Source: Mizuhopecten yessoensis
Lineage: Eukaryota
Assembly (NCBI RefSeq): GCF_002113885.1
Contig: NW_018404269.1
Span: forward strand, 6,108-70,107
Direction of reading: 5' to 3'
DNA length: 64,000 bases
The notes under the pieces: generated by a model
What the model was told of the DNA's origin: nothing
What the model saw: the letters and a program-made list of their open reading frames with translations, nothing else
Database searches by the model: none
Translations under genes and position numbers: made by a program
Shown: in pieces, positions 1 to 13,600 of the stretch
How the letters are laid out: each line of letters opens with the position of its first letter
Position numbering within the stretch: position 1 is the stretch's first letter

Positions 1-1563
1 AATGGTTGACAAGGGTGTAATGGGAGGTTTGGTATTAAACACGTCTATCAAAATAAAGCGGGTAATATATTGTCGACAAGGGTGTAATTTGAGGTATGCT
101 ATCAAAACATGTCTATGGGGATAAAACGGGTAGTATATTGTTGACAACGGTGTAGTTGGGGTATGGTATTAAACACGTCTATCAGGATAATGCGGGTAGT
201 ATGTGGTTGACAAGGGTGTAGTTGGAGGTATGGTATTAAACATGTCTATCAGAATAAAGCGGGTAGTATATGGTTGACAAGGGTGTAGTTGGAGGTATGG
301 TATTAAACACGTCTATCAGTATAATGCGGGTAGTATGTGGTTGACAAGGGTGTAGTGAGAGGTATGGTTTTACAAATGTCTATCAGGATAAAGCCGGTAG
401 TATATGGTTGACCAGGATGTAGTGAGAGGTATGGTAATAAATACGTCTATCAGAATAAAGCGGGTAGTATATGGTTGACAAGGGTGTAGTTGGAGGTATG
501 GTATTAAACATGTCTATCAAAATAAAGCGGGTAGTATATAGTTGACAATGATGTAGTGGGAGGTATGGTATTTAACACGGTTATTAGAATAAAGCTGATA
601 GTATATGGTTGAAAAGGGCGTAGTGGGAGGTTTGGTATTTAACACGTCTATCAAAAAAAAGCGGGTAGTATATAGTTGACAAGGGTGTAGTGGGAGTTAT
701 GGTATTAAACATGTCTATCAGGATAAAGCGGGTAGTATATGGTAAACACGGGTGGAGTGGGAGGTATGGTATTAAACACATGTCTATCAGAATAAAGCGG
801 GTAGTTTGTGGTTGATAAATGTGTAGTTGGGGGTATGGTATTAAACATGTCTATCAGAATAAAGCGGTTAGCATATAGTTGAAAAGGGCGTACTGGGGTA
901 TGGTATTGAACACGTCTATCAAAATAAAGCGGGTAGTATATGGTTGACAAGGGTGTAGTGGGAGGTATGGTATTAAACACGTCTATCAGGATAACGCGAG
1001 TAGTATATGGTGAACACGGGTGTAGAGGGAGGTATGGTATTAAACACATGTCTATCAGAATAAAGCCGGTAGTATGTGTTTGACAAATGTGTAGTTGGGG
1101 GTATGGTATTAAACACGTCTATCAGGATAAAGCGGGTAGTATATGCTTGACAAATGTGTAGTTGGAGGTATGGTATTAAACACGTTTATCAGAATAAAGC
1201 GGGTAGTATGTGGTTGACAAGGGTGTAGTTGGAGGTATGGTATTAAACACGTCTATCAGGATAAAACGGGTAGTATATGGTAAACACTGGTGTAGTGAGA
1301 GGTATGGTATTAAACACGACTAGCAGGATAAAGCGGGTAGTATATGGTTGACAAGGGTGTAGTGGGAGGTATGGTATTAAACACGTCTATCACGATAAAG
1401 CGGGTAGTATATAGTGAACACGGGTGTAGAGGGAGGTATGGTATTAAACACATGTCTATCAGAATAAAGCTGGTAATATATGGTAAACACGGGTGTAGTG
1501 GGAGGTATGGTATTAAACATGTCTATCAGGATAAACGGGTAGTATATGGTTGACAAATGTGTA
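1..1563. repeat. Tandem minisatellite, ~67-bp unit, ~23 copies (continues off the window start)
   Basis: The unit atcagrataaagcgggtagtatatggttgacaagggtgtagttggaggtatggtattaaacacgtct recurs at 181, 248, 315 etc. (period 67, some copies 69). Confidence 0.95.
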
Positions 1564-1589
1564 GCTGCCGAACTCAACAAAGATATGTC

Positions 1590-2350
1590 AACAAGAAACT
1601 CGTTCTCAATATTTCATTTTTATCGCTGGTCGTCTTTCCTTTAAAAGCATTATAATAAGAAATAAAATGCATTTTTGTTTGATTTGAGGAATGGAATTGT
1701 CACGAGGAAAAGTTTAATATTCTGACAGAATAAACATTTTGATGAGGGGATGCTCGAGAGTGATTAAAATATCGTTGGTTGTTTTCGAAATCCATATTAC
1801 ATTAATTAAACTGCTTGAGTATACAGTGTCACAATACGACTGTCACGCTGGTTTAATGGGTTCTAAGAATGATGGAACTTTGAATAATCCAAAATAATTC
1901 CTGTGAAATTGCGGGATACGATTTTAACGAGGCTTGTCCTTTTCCATATAAATTATTTTTCCAAATAATTGAAATGCAATCAGGTCATAATGCATTCGTA
2001 ATTGAACCTTGCTAGTAAAAATCCCTTGGGTATAAACTTACTGTTATAGTGATGAATCCTCTCAGCAAACTCTGTTGCTTAGAACAAGACAACGAGAAAG
2101 CAAAGCATCTGTGCTTTGAAAACAAATCAGTTGCATATAATCCTTACAATTTGGTGGATTTCAAGTTTACCATTTTGCAAGAATAATGGATTGCGCATTC
2201 TGATATGCCATAGAGAACTTGACAGGTACCGCTGGTTGGCTGTTCAATAGTACACGGGGAAACGTATGCTCAGTTGTGATTCTGAACACATGCAGCGGTT
2301 TGCCTGTTCAAAGCGCAGATATAGACAATCGCTGTTGTTTATGTACATGC
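1590..2350 (-). mobile_element. Degenerate Penelope-like retroelement reverse-transcriptase fragment
   Basis: Minus-strand translation of ~1745-1860 gives PIKPA*QSYCDTVYSSSLINVIWISKTTNDILITLEH, which resembles the YC.TVYSRSG.N.MWILKNS.DLL block I recall from invertebrate Penelope-type RTs. It has stops and frameshifts, and the boundaries are approximate. Confidence 0.55.
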
Positions 2351-3954
2351 TACATTCATGTTAGTCTCATATTTTACATATATTGATATATGAAGCATAT
2401 ATTTTGTTCAACCGTTAAGCAGGTATGTGATATAAACAATTCCCAATAATGAAATAATATCTGGGAAAAGTCATTTGGAATAATCAAGTAATCGACAAAC
2501 CTGGATACAGATATTTTTAGCTTTATATTTAGTATACAACTAAAAATGTACATGTAACTGTTCTGTTTCACTGTGTCTTGGTAAAGGAGCGGATAGCTCC
2601 GAAAATTTGACAATCTTAATTTGTCCACACTGTTGGAATTACTACTTTGCCCCATTAACTATATATATATATTTAATATTACAATTATTGACGATACTTC
2701 TTTAAAAATATGGTATCATTTAGTCTTTGACGTTATATTGGAAGAACTTGACTTGAAATAATGAGATAACTTATTTTTTTAATATCTTGAGTCAGCTACC
2801 GTCGAAATTGCAAACTTCACATTTTGTTTTATTGTATTCTTTATATTAGCTGATATGACTAATATTTGTATTGGTATATTTCAGGACATTTGGATAATAA
2901 AAAGCACCGAAAGATGCTCGAGAAAAACTTTATTCCTTTTTTCAAATACACTGACCGATTTAAACTAAATATAGGAATGGCAATGCATTTCTCGCATGAA
3001 AACCTTTAATGGTGGCGCAGACAATGAATTGAATAAATGACACAATTTGACTTAAACAATGGAGTTTATGGAATTTCAGTGCGCATTATTAACTCTCTAG
3101 GATGAAATCAATTCATCCATTAAATGGAAGGGATTGCTGTCTATTAAGTAAGGAACGGAATGAGACAAATTAACAGAATTAGACTCTTTATGGGAAAAAT
3201 TGAAGGCTTGCGTTTAGCTATTTGGTTGATTTGATGAGTGGAAGCCGGGCCGATCGGTAAGCAGGTACCTGTCTGTCTAATCCGAAATTCATTTTCGATC
3301 AATGACTCACTTAGAGCAAGCTTTCCTTCTCAACTCAGGTGTCTTACTTTTGCAGATCTTAGACTGGAAAGATAACTTACTCCTGAGTATAAAGCCCAGT
3401 AATTATTTCGGCACAACAGATAAATAGAGATTGAACTATGACGAAACAACTCCGAAATCAGAAGTATTCGTTCTGACCCCACGTATGGTTATTGAGAAAT
3501 ATTCTATGGTACTATGTGTCCGTGACGTTCTGGACTAAGGATATAAATGTTTTTCTACTCGGGTTAGTCATCTAGCAGAGGTTGACAAAAGAAACGGAAA
3601 TGAAGCAAAGGTCTGGAAGCCGATGTGTCAAGCGACGCACGGACAGGGCGACTCCAATATAACGTTAACGTAAAATTCTTCATCGGATGTATACATTTTA
3701 ACGCAGTAAATTTGAAAAGCCATATAATATGTATATATGTATGTGATAAAGTCAGTTGTTTATGGGTGCGGGGTGGTTGTGACGTAAGGACTTGGGAATG
3801 GCTCATACCTCTAGGTGATCATCAATCAAAAGACACCCTGGAAATCAATTTTGATTAGAGTGTGTACACTCCCACATTAAAGCAGCTCGACTTTCATTGG
3901 TTATAGATGGATCATCCAATCAATACATTCTCACGTGTTGCATAATTAATGGCA

Positions 3955-4037
3955 CAATAAAAAGGAGGCCGGCAGAATTAACGAACAGCTCACGCAAGAT
4001 ACAAGAAAGTCAGAGACGGAGCTCCTTTATCAACAAA
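3955..4037 (+). promoter_or_regulatory. Candidate promoter and non-coding first exon of the Gly/Tyr-rich protein gene
   Basis: TATA-like AATAAAAAGG at ~3956 followed by a strong donor AAA|GTAAGT at 4038. The coding exon has an acceptor (ttttcattaag/acag) just before the ATG at 6237, so an upstream UTR exon is expected. Confidence 0.4.
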
Positions 4038-4590
4038 GTAAGTACATATCCAACTGGGGGACAAGACAAGTACGACATTTAATACTATGTATAGCATCAT
4101 GCCGAAAGTATTCGCGATTTGCATATTTCATGCCTGTCTACGTTTTTGCTCTGTTTTTTTCCGGAGTCATTGATTGCGCCAGTGAAACGAAATCGGACAG
4201 CCTGGCAAATCATTCATTGGTGTTTTATTTGTCAATTCATTTTGTTTTGCTGTTGAATGATTTGCAAATTATGGTGAGTTATTCCCATGATTTCACTGTA
4301 AGACACAAAAAATGGCCTAGTAAAATCGATTTTATCTGCATAACTTGTCATACACCAAAAACAGTCAGCACAAATACATGAAAAACAATTCCTCAGTTTT
4401 TTTTATATAGAAACGAATTTTAAGTACGTGGAATTTTGTTTCAATAGCGCCATTTTTAGACCCATAAAAATAAAAACAAGTGTGGTACAAATACATGAAA
4501 TTTTGAATAAATTTGGAGAAACCGCGAATTCTTTCTGCTGTATGTGTCCCACATTAAATATGAATAATCACATATAATGCTTCCACAGCC

Positions 4591-4620
4591 TAGGGTTAGA
4601 GTTAGGGTTAGGGTTAGGGT
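4591..4620 (+). repeat. Short interstitial telomere-like (TTAGGG)n tract
   Basis: tagggttagagttagggttagggttagggt. Confidence 0.75.
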
Positions 4621-5236
4621 AAGGCAACAAGCGCCACTTCATTGAGGCTACATTAACGGGTTTGTACGTCCTTAGCATATTTGAGTGACAACTATTAAAA
4701 ACAAACTGCAAACTAATTCCTTAAAATCTAGGCTGAACATGGGTTGGACGCGAAATTATGTCGTCAAACAACCCTTTAATACAATGGTGCCAAAAGATGG
4801 CACAAATAAATAATTTGTTGAATAATTAACAGCATCTGCATATTCATAAAACTATTTATTGAAGAACAAACTGGCGTAATAAAACATTTCATTTTTCTGC
4901 CTGTTCCGTGGAAGATTGCAGTCGTACATTCCAGAGCCAAAATAAAGTCACATGTGTATTCTTTTCTACTATATTCAACGCATTTCTATCCATTTTTTAG
5001 AGAATTATTCTTAAATCAACTGTAACGCTACCGAAACAGCCATTTGCACCGTGAAAGAGAATTGTCTGAGTGCTTCTCTTACAATATCTTTCAAAGTTCT
5101 TTCGACCGAGATGCCACAAATTATTTTGTTGCGCAATCTTGTTATTTACTTTTTCCAAATTTTATTTAACCGTTAATGGAAAATTATGAATGTATTATGA
5201 GATAAAATAATACAACATATTCTTTAATATATATAT

Positions 5237-5279
5237 GTCCGCCTGAAGAAGCCATAGAAGGCAGAAACGCCTAGCGGAC
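5237..5279 (+). ncRNA. Minimal type-I hammerhead ribozyme relic (Penelope-like pLTR) within (TA)n
   Basis: GTCCGC-CTGAAGA-aGCC(atagaa)GGCa-GAAA-cgcc-TA-GCGGAC: a 6-bp stem I, both core boxes, stem II and a short imperfect stem III. TA microsatellite lies on both sides of the surrounding insert. Confidence 0.6.
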
Positions 5280-6236
5280 GATCTGAAAGATTTATGTTTT
5301 TATTCTATAGTTTCCTTCGAAAGGGCTTATTTATTTATTATCTACTATATATTTATATATATATATATGAGCAAGAGTAGAAATAGAAATTATCATACAG
5401 CCTATCAGACCTAGTTTGATATCCTATTTTTTGATCTTACGATTCCTACCGGTCGTTTCTCAGTTCGTCAGGTCAGCCGATGAAAACACGTTGAATACCA
5501 ATCATGTTTAAAACAAACTCTATCTCAGTTTTGAGAATTACATTTTTACTCATTGTGAAGCTTGGTTTAATATTGTGCTTACTTTTGCAAACAGTAAAAT
5601 CGAGGAAAGTAGGATTTAATTTTATATCAATTATGTTAGGGTTGAAATATTTGTACCAATCAACTAGTGATTATTCTTTACCTGTAATAATACTTAATTA
5701 AAAGGATATTGGCGAATGATTTACCAATACTGGTCTACGAAGTAAAGGTGATGTTTTGCCAGTCATTTTGTTTTAAAATTATTTATGAGTATGCATATCG
5801 AGTTTACATACTGTATACTTGTTTAATTTTGCGGCCTAATAATTCGCAGTTCTCCTTATCAGAACTAGTTCGCGGGTTTTTATTTCGCGCAACAAAAACC
5901 AGGTCAAAACAAATCGTGGTCGCAAGGTTATATTTGTGTTTGGGACAAGCGTTATATCAAACTCACTTAAAATATGACTTTGACATGTTTTATCTTTATT
6001 ATTCTGCAGTAAAAAAATGTCACTGTATATTCATGAAATTAATATTCACTTTTGTTTTAATTTTTAAATCTTTTGTGACAGGGAATATAGCGAAATAAAA
6101 TCTCATGCGTTATAAAAATCATAGGAATTTGAGAATTAACGATCAGTTAGCAAAGACTGTGTAATATTTATTGATTGAGACTCCATTTTGTAGTATATCT
6201 TATATATGTGTTTGTTTTCATTAAGACAGGAGGAAA

Positions 6237-8522
6237 ATGCGTACTTACGTGGTAGCCGCTCTTGTAGTTGCCGTTGTGGCATGTCTGACACTCGGAGTGT
6301 CTGCTGGTGGCTACGGATACGGACACAAAGGGAAAGGCGTGTACCAACATTACAGACCCCCTCGTTACGCGTATAGATACATTAGACAACCATATTTATT
6401 GAATGGGAACTCCGGGTTCAGCCAGCGATATATATCTGGTTACAACAGTGGTGGTTTATATGGTTACAGAGGTGGCTTCTACAATCGATCGGGTGGAGGC
6501 TTAAGTTTAATCTGGTGGCTTCTTATCGCAGGTTAGTATGTATAGTTTGGTGCGTGTAAGCACATCAATTAGATAACTTGTATCATTTGGCATATCTGAT
6601 TTCATTTTGGTGTAAAATGAAAAAAAACAATTACTACAATGAAAAAAATTCATCCGGAAGAATCATGCCTTAATTTAATTTTCATCGCTTTATATTGAAT
6701 ATGAAATTCTGAAAAAAGACGCATGTATTTTGGTTTTTAACTTAAGAATAGGAGTGGGGTTAACGTGACGACTGACAAATGATAATTTCTTTCGACCGTG
6801 TTCATGTTGCAGTCTATACGTAAAGCATTAACATCTGATAATAATCGAGAACAAATCTATGTTGATATCAGATATTTAGTTTGTTTAAACAGACAATCAA
6901 TGATCGATCTATTGTGAATCATCTACAAACATTTGTTATAATGAAGTTCAATTAAATCCGATGAGGTTACTTTATTTTAAGATTTGGGGCAGAAATCGTG
7001 ATTACCCATTTTACTGGCGACGCGACAGTATAATCACAATGTTCTGCTTCAAATATCAAAATAAAATAAGATTATCCCCATTCTAATTCCTATTAGCAAA
7101 AGCCACCGAATGCAACTCCGTTTTTATAATCGCCATCAGGGGTTCATATGCAACTGACAAATTTGCAGACGGTATTTCGTTGTTATACTAACGCAAAGAA
7201 TTTCGATTGGCCAATCAAATTTCCGTTTACATCTCATACGAATAATTACCATAATACTCTCACTGCACCCTTTGACAAATACATTTTGTCCGGGTGAATT
7301 TAACGGATATGCTTTAATCCATATTTGATGAAAGCATACATCGTATCGACACCATAGTCCAGTAACTCTATAATAATCGAAAGAAGGACGTACCGATTGT
7401 TTCAAGGCCTTAAGATTTGTCTCCGTTGTTTTGGAAGCTCTTGTTGTTGTATCCTCTCGGTTCCTGTTGTTGTCGTTCGTATAGGTTATGTATTCCGCTT
7501 GTGTGTCGACTCCTGTTTACCTTTTTAGGATATTTGTTTAACTGTCGAGAATGGAATGCTTTTGTTGAGATACTATTGTGTTAGAATCGCACGAAAATAT
7601 GTTTCTGTCGATAAGAACAGGTATTGCAATTGCGATATAGATATTTCCGAATTGTCGTAGTGTTTGTATGTTTCCCCACAGACTATTGTCATATCCATTG
7701 GAACAAACTGTGTGCCTCTCTTGGCCAGCTTGGTTTCTTTTCTTTTCAAACAGGCTGAGGTTATAGAACTTATCGGATTAGATTACAAAAACCTTGCTGT
7801 GTCCTTCATTTTTACTTTGAGATATATCTATATCAGCTGCTATGTTGATATCTATTCAGGAATGATTCATCCTGCGTTTTCTGCTTAGAAAGATGGATTT
7901 GATTTTCTGATCAAACACATTCATTTTCTTGTAAGAAGCATATCTGCTTCTCCACCTATGAAGGTATTATTCCCATATTCGATACTCGCTTGTTTTGAAT
8001 ATTACCATTTCCCTAATTTCGCATGCTTAATGACAAGTTTTAGACACTGGAATTCGATAAAAGTACAGGAAAGTGTTATGGTCCCAAACATTTTCCATTT
8101 ACTTGTTTGATATGGTTATCACGTTTCGATTGAGCTCATTAGTGTGTCTCGTAGTTTTGCTGTTGCTACCCTTGTATCATTTTGAGAACTTGACATTGCT
8201 AGGACTTGACTAAGATTTAAATAGCGGGTGTCGTCGACGAATTAGAACCTATTAGATTAATTATCCATTCCGAACACTTGATCATTTCCTCTTAGACATT
8301 TTCTAGAGTGTAAGTCATCCTTTTTCATATTCTAATTTGGTCGATGTTTTGTTTTCCAAAAATTTATTTAAAATCTTATTTAAAAGCTTATTTACACTCA
8401 AGTGTTCTCTACCTGTTTTTCATGGTTCATGTATGCCTTTACCCAATACACAAATTTCACTTCTAACTTTTGTTTTTCTTCCTTTTGCAGTTGTCTTATT
8501 TGCCATTCTTGCTGACAAATAA
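6237..8522 (+). CDS. Small Gly/Tyr/Arg-rich protein with signal peptide and C-terminal hydrophobic anchor (108 aa; 2 coding exons)
   Basis: Exon 6237-6531 (G|GTTAGT, phase 1) joins exon 8491-8522 (ttttgcag|TT GTC...TAA), giving MRTYVVAALVVAVVACLTLGVSA-GGYGYGHKGKG...YNRSGGG-LSLIWWLLIAVVLFAILADK*. A 3'-UTR intron spans 8547-8927 and AATAAA is at 9016. Confidence 0.85.
7310..8100 (+). mobile_element. Degenerate Penelope-like RT fragment in the intron of the Gly/Tyr-rich gene
   Basis: ORF 7664-7888 QTIVISIGTNCVPLLASL...NLAVSFIFTLRYIYI is a decayed GIPMGTNCAPLLADLF...FNFTFRYIDD RT core. A DKRDDFNF/SNIP-SPAYG-like segment follows at ~7885-7965. Confidence 0.7.
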
Positions 8523-10624
8523 GCAAACGAAAGTGTTGTATTACAGGTAAGCAATTAAATAACGTATACTTATTTTGTTTCACATATATATAAATTTATA
8601 TTAAGTATCAATGCCTCCCATTTCTATTAGAGTTTATATTCAAACCCTTTGAGGTTATGATGTAAACGGAGAAATATTCACTGCAGTTCCATTTTCGCCA
8701 TTTTAAATGAGGGCGAATTTATCATTATAGCGAACATCGGTAAACAACATAATATCCATAGAATGAATGTGAAGGTCGAATCTAACACTGAGCAAAACTG
8801 TCGAAAGACGAACACTTTACAGGACGCAAATTTCCCAATGTACAGTGCATATAACTGCCCGCAACTGAGGTAATTATGTGAAGCGCAATGTAACTAATAT
8901 GAGGTTTTATTTCTGTTATAATTTCAGGGATAAACTATGTTTACCCTACGGCTGACACGGACTCCACACTTCTCTGTTCATTTGGACCTGCTCTGAATTT
9001 TCGCTCCTGTTTTCAAATAAAGAAAAGTATATGCATACTATGTGTGATTTTTTTTTATCTTCACTGCAGTCAAGATATACGAAATTTTATATCTTCACAA
9101 GTAAATACATTATTCTCATTCTCCAATCAGAACTGTTTTCTTTTCATTGCAAAGATTTTTAGTTTCAAGTTCAGATAAAGCGACGGCGAAACAAGTGGCT
9201 ATTTTTTCTACTATTGCAACATACATTATGGTATTTAAACAACTACACCATTGATATCAATTTTGTTTGAAAATCATCCTACCAGATAATAGTAGCAACG
9301 GCAACAACTACATTGAGAACCCCATTCGAAATGGCGCTCTGCATTGTTGTCAAACGTGACGTCATGAAAACCTGACGCTAAACATTACGCTTCGAATTCC
9401 TGCACTTTTCTGATGTAGCAATATTTGCTTCGAGTTACTGAAAAAAATATATTAAAAAGAAAATTTAATGACTTTCCCGTTGAACACTAGATATGTATTT
9501 CACCCGTTTCAAACAATTAAAATTATAACCAGAAAACTAATGTTATGGCGGAGTGTGTTTTCGTAGAGAGGTAACAACTTCTTTGACAAGTATGCTCCAC
9601 CAGATATTAATTCAATTAAAAGGGGGCTTTAACTGACACTTTAACTCAGAATACAGTTATTAGTTTATTTAAAAGTGCATTATCAAATACAATCTTTGTA
9701 AAAAAAAGACGGCAAGTATAAATGATATTTTTCGTACAACTTATACTGTATGTTCTCTCTTGGGAGGTGACGTTATTACCAAATTGTTGACATTCAAACA
9801 TACAGTAAAACAATGTACATGTATGTGCCTTTTGGAAAGGATATTGAGCGTGAACAGAATATTCTAAACGTTAACATTAATGCCATTAATAATCGAAGAA
9901 TAAATTCAAGTGCGCAGGATCTGTCCCTCGTGGTTGTTCGGCTGTCAGTAAGTGATTTTCCTCTAAAGCCCATTGCTGCATTTTTTTCTGTATTATTATC
10001 TATCGGAAACAATGAGAGATGACGGCACAGATTAGGTTACGTGAGGCCTGTCCAATGAAATCACGCCCGGCCACGCTTGCTTAAAGGTTGGTTAGGGTTT
10101 GACGACTGGATATGGAACATTTTTGAATATGAATACAGGAAAATCAAGAACATCTGATATCTTTCTACTGCTTTGTTTCCTTTTAAACAAACTAGATTGA
10201 TATATTTGAAGGGTTTATTTTATTTTAAAATCATTTGATTCCGAATGATAACAATTTGATATTTCCACTGGGTAACGTTAGGCAACCGGGGCCAGGTGGT
10301 TTCCAACATGTAGATTTTATTGTATGTTTACCGTATCCAACGCAACGTATAGTGGTAATGGACGAAATACGACAGTTGTGTGATCGCACAACGCGCCAAA
10401 TTATCGTGTGCATATCGTACATGCATCGTGCGCACACCTCCCCCATATCGTCTTTACATAGTGCGCATATTTGTAGCATGTCATTACCTTTAAATGACGA
10501 TAAAAGCAAAGTAGTGAACCGATAACCAGTTAAATTTAATGACAGATAGGTCGTTGTAAATGCAATTTGCATACCGAAGCATGCCACACTGATTTACGTG
10601 CTTGTTCTCGTGTGTACGCTATGT

Positions 10625-13600
10625 TTACCCTTTTCTTTTCCGTGATCCTGAAAAAAAAAACGTAAAATAAAAATAAGAAAAGAAAAACCAAATACATTAT
10701 AAAATTACATATTTTAAATATAGATATGAAATAAAAATAATGAGCCATGTCAACATAATTCTTCAAAATGTGGTGTCTCAATTATTTTTTTTTAAGAGAA
10801 AATCGAACTTATGCTTGATGTCGAAGGATTACATATGCCAATTAAAAAAACCTCTCAAGTTTTGGAATTTCATTGAAAATCGGAGAGCAAAATATGAATA
10901 TGTTTAGTACTTTGCATTCCTTTATCTACTGAAAAATATTTTTCGATTGCTTACAAATACCCCCATTGCTATTAAATTAATTACCCATATATGTTAAAAT
11001 GTAGACATACGTTCAAAAATCATTTCAGTATCAGTGTTTGGGGGTTTCCAAATGTCCGGTTCCATGTCAAAGCGCCTATCAGTTATCCTGGAGTATTCCA
11101 CTGTGATAACGTCTCCCTCGTCCATCGTGTATGGAGTTGTCTGAGGTACCAGTGTTGTGTACGTCATCAGATCAGGGTTTTCACAACGGAAATGTTTCAC
11201 GGTGAAGTTGTCGAACCTTCTGTCGATACTGTCTGACACGAATGTTATATTCCATGTTTTACGACGCTTACACTGCAAACAGTAAATAGCAATAGTTTAC
11301 TGCACGTTACATATAACAGTAGTCCACGTGTTGAAGCCTGCATACACTATATATAACAGTAGTCTACGTGTTGAAGCCTGCATACACTACAAATAACAGT
11401 AGTCTACGTGTTGAAGCCTGCATACATCTGTTATCAAAGGTTACCAACCATTACCGACAATATGGATCAGGAACGGCAACAGCAATCACAGATAGAGGTG
11501 ATAAAGTGTGACAGCAATATTTACAAACAATTATCATCAGAATGTTGTTACCAATTATGACAGGAAGATAATATAAAAGTGTGGACAACCAATACAATAA
11601 ATGTTATCCAAGTATGGCAAACAAACACTGTAGGGCACTGTACTCAAAATGTGGACGACACTGCTCATCATTGGTAGCTGAAAACAAAGTGTTGACAAAG
11701 ACAGCTGGGTCCAAAGTATGGACAACAAATAGCACAAATAAATAAGCCTGTGGAAATCAGACAAATATCCACAACTGTAGCTGAAATCATTGATTTCAAT
11801 TTCTCATGAAAATCTATATAGGCATACTGTTACCCATAGCAAAGCATCTACTCACTACCGAGTGTGTTCGTTCTTCTGCTAAATAATTCTGGACACCAAA
11901 AAAAACCTACAAATCTTAAATGCTAAGCATCTTTTTCTCCGAAATTGATGCATATGCAATTTAGTGTTTGATTTTTCTGTATGCCGAGAAAACTTCATTC
12001 AGTCAAATTTCGCCCTTCACTGGTAGAATCTATTTCGCGAAGTGTTAGACTCGCCTTTCAAATGTTATTATTATGCAAAGTATGTTAATTATGTACTTAT
12101 TTTCACTGCTGAGATAAATTCGCCATCATCATGGAGGGCGAAAAAGGCAGAAGTTAAACTGCGGCGAAACTTTCTCGGTATACAGTACTTTACTGAATAT
12201 TACTTCCGGGTCATGTTAGTTGAAACCGTCGCACTTGAATGAATCATTTTCCTACCTTGAACATCCACTTGCATGTGAAGTACTTCTCTGTGAAGTTTCC
12301 ATTGATGATCATTCGCCATACCCTCCCCTTGAAAGCTGTTTTTCGTACTTTGCATGCATCATGTTTCTCTAAAAGGACAAGTGATCATACCTTATACGTT
12401 CGTATCAGTTAAACGATTAATCCTATGGCAAATATTGCATAACTGCTTTTAAATAATTTTCCCCGCTGCACTCTAGTTTTTTTCAATCAACAGTTATCTA
12501 CCCCTTGACTCCGTTTTCAATTTACCTGTAGCACACTTGGTCCATGACACTTCGTTGTCCATATAGCGCAGTGGGTCAGATCGATAATATAACATTTGGA
12601 GGTGGAGTGTTCGAATCTTGTTCTAGCCAAAACGTTATTTTTGCTCTCAGAACGCTATTGTTTATTATATATGTTTTATTTATTTCATCGCTATAGTTTT
12701 TTCATGAAATTTCCTCAAAGTATACTTTCCTTTTCAGAAATTATCTATCTAAACTATAGTCATGCCAAAAAATAAAAATATGTTAAGGGTTATTGCATTG
12801 GTACGGGTATCTTAAAATTGAATAACGTAATGATGAAAATATAATTGACGTAAACAAGTACCTTTTCAAATAGTATGGTTAAGATATACTTCGGCAGTCT
12901 TATGGGGAGAGTCACCTGATTGACTGTTAATGTAAATGTATGCAAGTAGCATGTAGTTTCGGGTAAAATAATAAAATTATTAAAGATCATATTATTCGTC
13001 TCACCTTCTTTCAAACAGTGTTTAGGTTTCCCAGGCTTTTTTATTGAACGATACGTGCAGAAGTTATGGGAATTGTTCGATGGCACGAAGAGTTTCGATT
13101 TCTTTCTGTCACACATTTTACGGAAAGGACAGAAGTATTGGTGATCTGAAAAATAGAAAAAGGAGAAGAACCAGAGAAAAATACAATGACTCACTGTAAT
13201 ATATATATAATATAATAGGGGCTCTCGAACGTACTTCAAAATGTATTTGTTAATAATTCACTGCTAGAGATAAAATATATCGTCTTGATCGCTTGAATTA
13301 AGTGATACAGTAGAACCTTGATAGAAAGCTATTTGTTTCTCTTGCCACTTTGCTCTTAGCCAACATAACAAAATGTACTTTTGCTCTTTTTCTTAAATTT
13401 ATCCTCAAATCTTTTATAGTGGAAAATACATTCTGGACGAATGGTTGCAGTATTACGAGGTCTGCTTTCGTAATTTGATAATTAAGCTTAACATACAGCA
13501 TCTTTCTAATTTTAGCGCATTTGATTTGTTTATAAGATTGCCGTGTTCAGTTTCTTGCAATGATCTTATGATTCCTCCATTGTGGATGGGTTGAATCAAC

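Noticed and set aside
1-1563. Regularly spaced repeats suggestive of a CRISPR array
   Set aside because: The whole 67-bp unit repeats with no unique spacers, no cas genes are present, and the context is eukaryotic.
5445-5482. CTGACGA...GAAA on the minus strand (possible hammerhead)
   Set aside because: No stem II and no convincing stem I or III pairing.
12563-12628. tRNA-like A/B boxes (also at 32219 and 47400)
   Set aside because: No complete cloverleaf; these are SINE heads or relics, not tRNA genes.
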